From an uncultured Chloroflexia bacterium (GTDB lineage Bacteria; Chloroflexota; Limnocylindria; QHBO01): 64,000 nucleotides of DNA. The DNA lies in assembly GCA_963837425.1 (NCBI GenBank), contig CAWINH010000002.1, positions 355,175 to 419,174 of the forward strand, read 5' to 3'. Numbering within the stretch: position 1 is the first letter of the stretch; each line of letters begins with the position of its first letter. The notes under the pieces were generated by a model, which ran no database searches, was not told where the DNA came from, and saw nothing but the letters and a program-made list of their open reading frames with translations. The position numbers were made by a program, and so were the translations under genes. This document shows, piece after piece, positions 53,191-61,146 of the stretch.

Positions 53191-55680
53191 TCACCCCCCG
53201 TCGCCGGGCGTGACGATGTTCACGAGCTTGTGCGGGATGTGGATCACCCGGCGAGGGGATCGGCCCCGCAGGTAGGCCTGGACCCGTTCCGACGCCAGCG
53301 CGAGGCGCTCGATCTCGGCCTGCGGGGTGTCGCGCGCAACGCTCAGGCGGTCCCGGAGCTTGCCGTCCACCTGGATCGGGAGCTCGATGCTGTCGCTGGT
53401 GGCGAGCGCAGGATCCCAGCTCGGCCATGGCTGCTGGTGAATGCTGTACGTCCCGCCGCGCTGCGCCCAGAGCTCCTCGGCGATATGCGGGGCGGCCGGG
53501 GCCAGCATGAGCAGCATCCGATCCACGGCCTCGCCGTGCACGGCGCCCGACACTCCGGCCTCGCGGGCCTTGCCGATCGCGTTCGAGAGCTCCATGAGCT
53601 TCGCGATGGCGGTGTTGAAATGGAACCCCTCGTAGTCGCTGGTGACGTCCCGCACGGTGGCGTGAACCGCACGCCGCAGGTCGCGGTCCGCGGCCTCGTC
53701 GCCGCTCGCGCCCGTCACCGGCTCGCTGGCCTGGACCCAGACGCGGGCCAGGAAACGGTGGATGCCCTCGATGCCCGATGCGTTCCATGGCCCGCCCTGG
53801 TCCCAGGGGCCGACGAACATCAGGAAGCAGCGGACGGTGTCCGAGCCGTACCGCGCCACGAGGTCGTCGGGATTCGCCACGTTGCCGCGGCTCTTGCTCA
53901 TCCGCTGGTGGTCCGCGCCAAGGATCTGGCCCTGGTTGCGGAGTGCAATGAACGGCTCGTCGAACGAGAGATGGCCGAGATCGCGGAGGGCCTTGACCAT
54001 GAAGCGGGCGTACATGAGGTGCAGCACCGCGTGCTCCGCGCCGCCGGTGTAGAGGTCGACCGGCATCCAGCGCCTGACCTCCTCCGGATCCCACGCGCGC
54101 TCGGAGTCCCGCGGGGAGCAGTAGCGCAGGAAATACCAGGCCGAGTCGACGAAGGTGTCCATCGTGTCCGTCTCGCGACGCGCCGGTTCGCCGCATATCG
54201 GGCAGGTGCCCGCCAGGAACGCGGCGTGCGACTGGAGCGGCGAGACGCCGGTTGGCGCGAAGTCGACGTCCGGCGGCAGCAGGACGGGGAGCTGATCGTC
54301 GGGGACCAGCTGCGGCCCGTGCTCGGCGCAGTAGACGATCGGGATCGGCGCGCCCCAGTAGCGCTGGCGGCTCACGAGCCAGTCGCGGATCCGGTAGGTC
54401 ACTGCGGCGGAGCCGAGTCCCAGGTCAGCGAGCTGGGCGGTGATGGCGCCGATGGCGTCCGACGCCGGCATGCCGCTGAACTCCCCGGAGTCCACGAGCA
54501 CCTGGTCGCTGGAGTGCGCGACGAACGCCTCGCCCTCCGGCGGACTCCCACCGGCGGGGAGCACGACGTAGCGGATCGGCAGCTCGTACTTCACCGCGAA
54601 CGCGTAGTCCCGCTCGTCGTGGGCCGGCACGGCCATGATCGCGCCCGTCCCGTAGCCGGGCAGGACGTAATCGGCGATCCAGATCCCGATCCGCTCGTTC
54701 GTCATCGGGTTCACGGCGTACGACCCCAGGAAGACCCCGGTCTTCTCGCGCTCCGCGCTCATGCGCTCGATCTCGGTCTCGCGCCGGGCGGTCTCGATGT
54801 ACGCGGCGACATCGGCCTGGCGCTCTGGCCTCGTCAGCGTCGCCACCAGCGGATGCTCGGGCGCCAGCACCATGAACGTCGCGCCGTAGATCGTGTCCGG
54901 CCGGGTCGTGAAGACCCGGATCGGCTCAATCCCGCGGCCCTCGACCGGGAAGTCGATCTCCGCCCCTTCCGATCGCCCGATCCAGTTCGTCTGCATGAGG
55001 CGAATTGGCTCCGGCCAGTCGATCTCCGTGAAGTCGAGCAGCTCGTCCGCGTAGCGCGTGGTGCGGAAGAACCACTGCTCGAGGTCGCGCTTCACGACCG
55101 GCGTCCCGCAGCGCCAGCAATGGCGATCGGCGCCCTCCACCTGCTCGCGCGCCAGCACCACCTGGTCGCGTGGGCACCAGTCGACCGGCGCCATGGCCCG
55201 ATACGCGAGCCCGGCCCGATACAGCTCGCCGAAGAGCCACTGCGTCCAGCGGTAGTACTCCGGATCGCTGGTCGCGACCTCCCGATTCCAGTCGAACATG
55301 CAGCCCATCGTCCGGAACTGGGCGCGCATGCGGTCGATGTTCGCGTAGGTCCAGGTCGCGGGGTGGATGCCGCGGTCGATGGCGGCGTTCTCGGCCGGCA
55401 GGCCGAACGAATCGAAGCCCATTGGGAACATGACGTTCAGGCCCTGCATCCGTCGCATGCGAGCCACGATGTCCGGCCCGGTGGCGGCATACCAGTGCCC
55501 GATATGGACGTCCCCGGAGGTGTAGGGGTACATCGTCAGGAGGTAGTGCTTCCGGCGTCCGTCGTCGTCCTTGGTCCGATACAGGCCATCCGCGTCCCAG
55601 CGCTCGCGCCAGCGCGCCTCGTACGAGGCGGGGTCGAACCGCCCGCCGCTGTTGCGCGCGTCCTCGATCTCGGTGGTCAT
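53191..55680 (-). CDS. leuS: Leucine--tRNA ligase
   Basis: YPYTSGDVHIGHWY, KMSKSRGN, intact 829 aa. Confidence 0.9.
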   Translation of the reverse strand: MTTEIEDARNSGGRFDPASYEARWRERWDADGLYRTKDDDGRRKHYLLTMYPYTSGDVHIGHWYAATGPDIVARMRRMQGLNVMFPMGFDSFGLPAENAAIDRGIHPATWTYANIDRMRAQFRTMGCMFDWNREVATSDPEYYRWTQWLFGELYRAGLAYRAMAPVDWCPRDQVVLAREQVEGADRHCWRCGTPVVKRDLEQWFFRTTRYADELLDFTEIDWPEPIRLMQTNWIGRSEGAEIDFPVEGRGIEPIRVFTTRPDTIYGATFMVLAPEHPLVATLTRPERQADVAAYIETARRETEIERMSAEREKTGVFLGSYAVNPMTNERIGIWIADYVLPGYGTGAIMAVPAHDERDYAFAVKYELPIRYVVLPAGGSPPEGEAFVAHSSDQVLVDSGEFSGMPASDAIGAITAQLADLGLGSAAVTYRIRDWLVSRQRYWGAPIPIVYCAEHGPQLVPDDQLPVLLPPDVDFAPTGVSPLQSHAAFLAGTCPICGEPARRETDTMDTFVDSAWYFLRYCSPRDSERAWDPEEVRRWMPVDLYTGGAEHAVLHLMYARFMVKALRDLGHLSFDEPFIALRNQGQILGADHQRMSKSRGNVANPDDLVARYGSDTVRCFLMFVGPWDQGGPWNASGIEGIHRFLARVWVQASEPVTGASGDEAADRDLRRAVHATVRDVTSDYEGFHFNTAIAKLMELSNAIGKAREAGVSGAVHGEAVDRMLLMLAPAAPHIAEELWAQRGGTYSIHQQPWPSWDPALATSDSIELPIQVDGKLRDRLSVARDTPQAEIERLALASERVQAYLRGRSPRRVIHIPHKLVNIVTPGDGG

Positions 55681-56489
55681 GGACCTCTCCTTCGTGCAAC
55701 CCACAGGTCGATGCGATAGGGGACGGCAAACGGGGTGTCGTCGGCGTGGCCGTGGCGGCCCAGGAGCGCCGCCAGCTCAAGGCGGAAGCGGTCCTGCACA
55801 TTCGGGTCGAGGAGCCGCACGTACGACGCGGTGAAGGCCAGCCCGATGAACTCCTCCGCGGTCATCTGCACCTCGTGCTCGAGGTTGAGCAGGTCGACCG
55901 GCTCGAACGAGATGCTCGCCGCGAAGCTCGCCCGCAGCTGGTCGCGGCCGACCGCCACGTAGCGGCCCATGTCGTTCGCCTCGCCGGCGTAGCGCTCCAG
56001 CAGCCGCTCGTACTCCGCGAGGAACGCGGAGCGCTCTCCGTCACGGACGTTCCAGAACAGGGCCACCCCGCCGCCCGGCCGCAGGATGCGCGCCACCTCG
56101 GCCAGCGCGCGCTGCTGGTCGAACCAGTGGAACGCCTGGGCGGCTGTCACCAGCTCGGCCGTGCCCGGGTCGAGGCCGGTCGACTCCGCCTCGGCCTGGA
56201 CCGTGCTCACCAGCAGCCCGCGGTCCGTGGCGTTCGAGCGGAGCACGTCGACCATCCCTCTGCCCGGCTCCACCGCCGTCACCCGCCAGCCCAGCTCGGC
56301 CATCGCCAGGCTTGCGCGCCCCGTGCCGGCACCGAGGTCCACGACCTGCGGCCGTTCGGAGAGGCCAAGACGCTCCCGGATCATGGCGAACAGCTCGTCC
56401 GGGTAGGGTGGCCGCAGGCGGTCGTATTCGCCGGCCCAGGCGTCGAAGCTGAGGGCCCTGGCGCGGTCGATGTCACTCACGGCGGTCAC
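55677..56489 (-). CDS. Class I SAM-dependent methyltransferase
   Basis: VVDLGAGTGRASLAM motif I; its stop overlaps the leuS ATG. Confidence 0.6.
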   Translation of the reverse strand: MTAVSDIDRARALSFDAWAGEYDRLRPPYPDELFAMIRERLGLSERPQVVDLGAGTGRASLAMAELGWRVTAVEPGRGMVDVLRSNATDRGLLVSTVQAEAESTGLDPGTAELVTAAQAFHWFDQQRALAEVARILRPGGGVALFWNVRDGERSAFLAEYERLLERYAGEANDMGRYVAVGRDQLRASFAASISFEPVDLLNLEHEVQMTAEEFIGLAFTASYVRLLDPNVQDRFRLELAALLGRHGHADDTPFAVPYRIDLWVARRRGP

Positions 56490-57060
56490 CCGATGGCGGC
56501 GTCGGCGCGTCCGGGAACCAGGCCATCAGCACCTCGTCGCGGAACGCGCCGCCCTCCGCCCGATACTGCCGGCGACGCAAGCCCTCGCGCTCGAATCCGA
56601 CGTGCTCGTACACGGCGATCGCACGGAGGTTGTCGGGAAAGACGCCGAGCGCCACCTTGACCAGCCCGGCGCGGCGCCCCCACTCCTGGGCGGCGCGCAT
56701 CAGGGCCGTCCCCACGCCAACATCCCGCCAGTCCCTCGCCACGCAGATCGAGAGCGTTCCGAGGTGGTCCGAGGTCGAGCTCCGTTCACGGCTGACCAGG
56801 ACGTTGCCGACGAGCTCGCCGCCGGCCTCTCCGACGAGTGCCAGGCTGCTCGACTCGCGAATCATCTGGCCGATGAAGAAGGCCTCATCCGGTGGGCTGA
56901 TGGCGGTGGGCGGGGTCACCAGCCAGCGGCCCTCGGCGCGCACGTCCGCGAAGAGGCGTGCCAGATTGCCCGCGTCGGTCGGCCGGGCGGGGCGCAGCGT
57001 CCAGTGTCGGCCGTCACTGGCCGTCCGCTGCTCGGTGCCTGGCGCGGCTGCGGTGTCCAT
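56473..57060 (-). CDS. GNAT family N-acetyltransferase
   Basis: GVGTALMRAAQEWGRRAG acetyl-CoA binding motif. Confidence 0.6.
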   Translation of the reverse strand: MDTAAAPGTEQRTASDGRHWTLRPARPTDAGNLARLFADVRAEGRWLVTPPTAISPPDEAFFIGQMIRESSSLALVGEAGGELVGNVLVSRERSSTSDHLGTLSICVARDWRDVGVGTALMRAAQEWGRRAGLVKVALGVFPDNLRAIAVYEHVGFEREGLRRRQYRAEGGAFRDEVLMAWFPDAPTPPSGDRRE

Positions 57061-57128
57061 TCGCTGTCCTCATTCGACGCTGTGGCGGCGCCGTGGCGCT
57101 GTGGCGACGCCGTGGCGCGTACAACAAA

Positions 57129-57155
57129 CCCCCCGTTCGTCAGGACGAAGGGGGG
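57129..57155 (-). terminator. Rho-independent terminator for tRNA-Ala
   Basis: CCCCCCGTTCGTC-AG-GACGAAGGGGGG hairpin followed on the minus strand by TTTGTTGT. Confidence 0.5.
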
Positions 57156-57191
57156 CTCCATTCGCGGTACCACCATGACTTGACCGACGGA

Positions 57192-57267
57192 TGGTGGAGC
57201 TGGGGGGACTCGAACCCCCGACCCCCTGCATGCCATGCAGGTGCTCTCCCAGCTGAGCTACAACCCC
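57192..57267 (-). tRNA. tRNA-Ala (anticodon GGC), CCA-encoded, G3:U70 identity pair
   Basis: The reverse complement reads GGGGTTGTAGCTCAGCTGGGAGAGCACCTGCATGGCATGCAGGGGGTCGGGGGTTCGAGTCCCCCCAGCTCCACCA. This folds into a canonical cloverleaf with anticodon loop ATGGCAT. Confidence 0.85.
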
Positions 57268-57642
57268 ACGGTCGGTCCACTCACCGGCGCGATATCGGAC
57301 GCCACCCCGGTCGGGTTGAGGGCCCGGCGGTCGTGACCGCGCCGTTCACCCGGCTGCTCGGCGGGCGAGTTCCGCGCCTCCCGATCGCCGGCTCCCACCA
57401 TCCCGGTTCGCTTGAGATCGGCGGGCAGCGCGTACTGGTCCCGCGTCATCGCGTTTTTCGGTGCGGAGTATAGCAGCGGCACCTCGGAGGGTGGCATTCC
57501 GGCGGGTGCGACCCCGGAGCCCCGTGTCATCCCCGCGCTCGAAGCGCGGGACCCCGGTGCCTGCTACGCGGTCCGGGGCGGGTGGCCCCCGGTCGCTGCC
57601 CCGCGCGGGTGGACGGAACGGGTGCCGGAGCGTCAGCGGTCC

Positions 57643-57953
57643 CCTCGAGCGTCACGCAGCGACGACAACCGCGAACGAACGGTGCCGGATGCCCCGCTCA
57701 CGGGCCGTTTCGTCACCGAGCGACGCCGACGGCGAACGAACCGGGCTGTCCTTCGCCGATAGCGTCGCAGGCTGACGGCCGGCAGGGCGCGGACCGCGGG
57801 CCGCTGCGGGTTCTTTTCCTCGAGCGTCGCCCAGCGACGACAACCGCGATCGAACGGTGCCGGATGCCCCGCGCACGGGCCGTTTCGTCACCGAGCGACG
57901 CCGACGGCGAACGAACCGGGCTGTCCTTCGCCGATAGCGTCGCTGGCTGACTC
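57643..57953. repeat. Two ~135 bp direct repeats (about 96% identical), period about 176 bp, upstream of tRNA-Ala
   Basis: Copy 1 at 57643-57777 and copy 2 at 57819-57953 share cctcgagcgtc..cagcgacgacaaccgcga[a/t]cgaacggtgccggatgccccgc[t/g]cacgggccgtttcgtcaccgagcgacgccgacggcgaacgaaccgggctgtccttcgccgatagcgtcgc[a/t]ggctgac. Confidence 0.7.
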
Positions 57954-58012
57954 CCGGCAGGGCCTGGGAGTTGGCGGCCAGGCGACAGGGTGCAACTCAC
58001 GGCGCGTGCTCG

Positions 58013-58465
58013 TCAGGCGGTGGGCGGTGCCTCGTCGGCAAAGTGCAGCCGCAGGCGTTCGAGGCTGGTCGCGAGGTCGTGCTGGGCGGCGCGCGCCACC
58101 ATCCCCTCGAGCGGAGCCATGAAGACGCTCGCGGCCGTGAACGACATCGCGAACCGCACGCGCGTCGCATCGCCGGCCGGTTCCAGGTCCAGGGTGGCCT
58201 CCGCATGCACGCCCGACACGGTGCTCTCGAGGACGAGGCGCCGATCCGGCTCGTACGCCGTCAGCGTCAGGTCGGCGGTGAAACGCTGCCCGAGCAGGTC
58301 ACGGACGACGCGCGCCGTCGATCCACGGCCGATGGGAGCGGGCGACGTCAGCGTCGCCGAGATGATGCCCGTCTGCCAGGCGGGGAGGTTAACTGGATCG
58401 GCGACGAACGCGAAGACGGTGCCCGGAGGTGCGGGGATCGTGGCCTCGGCGTCGGTACGCTGCAT
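58013..58465 (-). CDS. SRPBCC (START/polyketide-cyclase-like) family protein
   Basis: 150 aa; weak START/Bet v1-type pattern FAFVADPVNLPAWQTGI near the N-terminus. Confidence 0.45.
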   Translation of the reverse strand: MQRTDAEATIPAPPGTVFAFVADPVNLPAWQTGIISATLTSPAPIGRGSTARVVRDLLGQRFTADLTLTAYEPDRRLVLESTVSGVHAEATLDLEPAGDATRVRFAMSFTAASVFMAPLEGMVARAAQHDLATSLERLRLHFADEAPPTA

Positions 58466-58533
58466 CGGTGAACCCTAACGCCTGGAGGGCGAGGCGTGGG
58501 CGGCGGCCGCGTGGTGCCGTATCCTGCTTCGAC

Positions 58534-59307
58534 ATGGGTCGCTCGCTCGGGCTCAGCCTCGCCCTCATCTCGGTTGTGCTCCTCGCGTCGTGCGGCGGCG
58601 CCTCGCCGACGCCTGCCGATCCCCGGGCCACGGTGACGAGCGGGATCGAGGCCACGCTCGGCGCGCACACCTTCCACCTGGCCGCCACCGTGGACGGCAC
58701 GCTGAACGTGGCCGAAACGGGCGGGACGATCACGCTGGACGGAACGACGCTCGAGGGTGATGTCGACATCGATCGCGGGCGGACGCACCTGACCTTCGCC
58801 GTTCCGGCGTTGATGGGGATCAGCGGCGAGGTGATCACGATTGGCGCCGATGACTACCTGAAGACGAGCGTCACGGGGTCCGGCTGGGTGCACTCGCAGG
58901 CGACCGCCGGCGACCCGCTCAGCGACGTGACTGATCCGAACGCGGCCCTGACCGCCATCGAGGACCTCATGGATGCGGCCGGCGTCACGCTCGTCGCGAT
59001 GGACAGGACCGATTGCAGTGCCGGTCCCTGCTCCCACGTGGCCATGACCATCCCGGCCGACCAGCTGCAGGGAGCGGCGGATCTAGCCGGAGGGCTCGTC
59101 CCCAGCGCCGCATTCGCCGATGGGCTCGTGCTGGACCTCTACTTCTCCACGAGCGATGGGCGGCTCGCCGAGGTCTCGACCGGGATCGACAGTGCATCGG
59201 TCGGGTCGCTGACGCTTGGCGTCACCTTCAGCGCCTGGGACCAGGCGCTGATCATCGAGGCGCCTCCCGCTTCCGACATCCAGCAGGGGACCGGCCTTCC
59301 CTTCTAG
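58534..59307 (+). CDS. Lipoprotein of unknown function
   Basis: Lipobox LLASCGG followed by a beta-rich 230 aa domain. Confidence 0.5.
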   Translation: MGRSLGLSLALISVVLLASCGGASPTPADPRATVTSGIEATLGAHTFHLAATVDGTLNVAETGGTITLDGTTLEGDVDIDRGRTHLTFAVPALMGISGEVITIGADDYLKTSVTGSGWVHSQATAGDPLSDVTDPNAALTAIEDLMDAAGVTLVAMDRTDCSAGPCSHVAMTIPADQLQGAADLAGGLVPSAAFADGLVLDLYFSTSDGRLAEVSTGIDSASVGSLTLGVTFSAWDQALIIEAPPASDIQQGTGLPF

Positions 59308-59339
59308 CCCCCTCGTCTCCCCGGCCGAAGTTCCCATGA

Positions 59340-59420
59340 AGATCGGGCCGTTCGGCACTGCTGCACCCATATAGATGCGTAAAGCATATAGAGCGAAAGT
59401 GCCTATAGATGGGTCACACA
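59340..59420 (+). promoter_or_regulatory. AT-richer segment with three copies of a [C/G]ATATAGA[T/G]G motif upstream of arsR; candidate operator
   Basis: gcatatagatgcgtaaagcatatagagcgaaagtgcctatagatgg; the local AT content stands out against the 70% GC background. Confidence 0.3.
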
Positions 59421-59596
59421 GCGACCACGTGAGACGGAGGTCAGAACCCATGCAACCCGAGCTGGGACGGCGGCCCTCGTGGTTTCGTCGTCTCTTTTCG
59501 TCCGGCGACTGCCGGTGCTGGCGCGTGGGGTCACTCCTGCTGCGCCTGTCCCGGAGCCGGTGATCGTGCGGCCGTGGGCCTGAGAAGGAGCTGATC

Positions 59597-59974
59597 ATGC
59601 TCCGCGCGTCCGAAGACATCTACGCCATGCAGGCCTCGATCCTGCGGACTCTCGGCAGTCCCCGGCGACTCGAGATCGTTCACCTGCTGGGCGAGGGTCC
59701 GCTCGAGGTTCATCGGCTCGCCCGGCTCCTCGAGATCGCTCAGCCGACCGTCTCCCAGCACCTTGCCGCGATGCGCGCGGCCGGCCTGGTGGAGCCGCTG
59801 CGCGACGGGAGAGAGGTCCGGTACCGACTCACCGACGATGCCATCCGCCAGGCCTGTGACCAGATGCGCGAATTCCTGTACCGGCGCCTGAGCCGATTGA
59901 GCCTTCTTGCGGCTCCCACCCATGACGGCCACGCGGAGCAGGTCGCTCCGCTCGTCGCGGGGAGCCGCAGGTAA
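59597..59974 (+). CDS. ArsR/SmtB-family transcriptional regulator
   Basis: LRTLGSPRRLEIVHLLGEGPLEVHRLARLLEIAQPTVSQHLAAMRAAGLV. Confidence 0.65.
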   Translation: MLRASEDIYAMQASILRTLGSPRRLEIVHLLGEGPLEVHRLARLLEIAQPTVSQHLAAMRAAGLVEPLRDGREVRYRLTDDAIRQACDQMREFLYRRLSRLSLLAAPTHDGHAEQVAPLVAGSRR

Positions 59975-60010
59975 CGAAACCAACGAGACCACGAGAAGGA
60001 GCACCGAACC

Positions 60011-60382
60011 ATGGCAGATCACGAGAAGCTGGTCATCATGGCCACCCACGGTCCCGAGGACCCCGAGCTGGCCACGATCCCGTTCGTCATGGCCTGCGCC
60101 GCCCTTGCCTCGGATGTCGAGGTCGTGATGGGCTTCCAGGCCAACGGTGTGTGCCTCGTGCATCGCGGCGAAGCCGAGCACGTGGCCGCCCCGGAGTTCC
60201 CGCCGCTCACCAAGCTCATGACCGATTTCGTCGAGCTGGGCGGAACGATGCTCGTCTGCGGCCCATGCATCAAGAGCCGCGAGATGCAGCCCGAGCTCGA
60301 TCTGGTCGATGGCGCCGAGGTCGTCGCCGCAGGGCGATTCGTCGCGGAGATCACGTCGGCCACCAACAGCCTCGTCTACTAG
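60011..60382 (+). CDS. DsrE/DsrF-like sulfur-relay protein
   Basis: LVIMATHGPEDPE...GGTMLVCGPCIKSRE. Confidence 0.6.
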   Translation: MADHEKLVIMATHGPEDPELATIPFVMACAALASDVEVVMGFQANGVCLVHRGEAEHVAAPEFPPLTKLMTDFVELGGTMLVCGPCIKSREMQPELDLVDGAEVVAAGRFVAEITSATNSLVY

Positions 60383-60405
60383 CGAACCGCAAAAGGAGCC
60401 ATGAC

Positions 60406-60675
60406 ATGACCCTCACCGCACCACAGACGACCGAGCTCGAAGGGCTCAGCGCAGCAAAGATCATCGACGCCCGTGGCAGCGCCTGCCCCGGCCCGCTCCT
60501 CGAGGCGAAGAAGGGGATGGGTACCGTCGCGATCGGCGATGTCATCGAGATCTGGTCGAGTGATCCCGCCACCAAGAAGGACATCGGCGCCTGGTCGGCC
60601 AAGGTCGGTCATGAGTTCCTGGGCTCCGTCGAGGCCAGCGGCTACGACCGCGTCCTCGTTCGGCGCGGCAAGTAG
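60406..60675 (+). CDS. TusA-like sulfur carrier protein
   Basis: IDARGSACPGPLLEAKKG (CPxP motif); AAAGGAG RBS. Confidence 0.6.
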   Translation: MTLTAPQTTELEGLSAAKIIDARGSACPGPLLEAKKGMGTVAIGDVIEIWSSDPATKKDIGAWSAKVGHEFLGSVEASGYDRVLVRRGK

Positions 60676-60690
60676 CGAGGCCACGGTGCC

Positions 60691-61143
60691 ATGAGCGCGC
60701 TCTCCGTCATCGAGAAGCCCCCGGAGGTGGGGGACGGTCGGGATCGTAAGCCCCGGATCCTGGTCTTCTCCACGAACAACATCTCCGATCCGGGCATCGA
60801 CATGGCGGGGAGCGCGCACATGCACTACTCGACCGCCGTCACCGTGATCAGCCTGCCGTGCACCAGCGGCATCAAGCCGCGCTGGATCGTGCATGCCATC
60901 GAGCGCGGATTCGATGGCGTCTTCATCGCATCCGATGGAGAAGAGTGCGCCTACCTGGCCGATTGCAGCGCGCGCGCGGCGCGAATCGTGGCGCGCGCCC
61001 AGGAGCTGCTCACCGAGCGCGGATTCGAGCCGCAGCGATTGAAGATGGCGGCCATCTGCTCGGTCTGCGCCGAGGCGTTCACGAAGCACATGCGGCAGTT
61101 CTCCGAGAGCCTGTCAGCGCTCGGGCCGTCGAGCAAGGGGTGA
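60691..61143 (+). CDS. MvhD/FlpD-like iron-sulfur subunit, degenerate at the N-terminal Cys motif
   Basis: RILVFSTNNISDPGIDMAG lines up with the MvhD CNWCSYAGADxAG region but lacks the Cys residues; later ISLPCTSGIKP...ADGVFIASDGEECAYLADC. Confidence 0.5.
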   Translation: MSALSVIEKPPEVGDGRDRKPRILVFSTNNISDPGIDMAGSAHMHYSTAVTVISLPCTSGIKPRWIVHAIERGFDGVFIASDGEECAYLADCSARAARIVARAQELLTERGFEPQRLKMAAICSVCAEAFTKHMRQFSESLSALGPSSKG

Positions 61144-61146
61144 GCC

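Noticed and set aside
57582-57950. 122 aa ORF with repeated ...SSPSDADGERTGLSFADSVAG segments.
   Set aside because: It is generated purely by translation across the two 135 bp direct repeats and has no coding signal otherwise.
59375-59563. 62 aa ORF upstream of arsR.
   Set aside because: Only the internal 37 aa ATG-initiated version has an RBS. Neither has homology support, so it is mentioned only as a possible leader or small protein in the findings.
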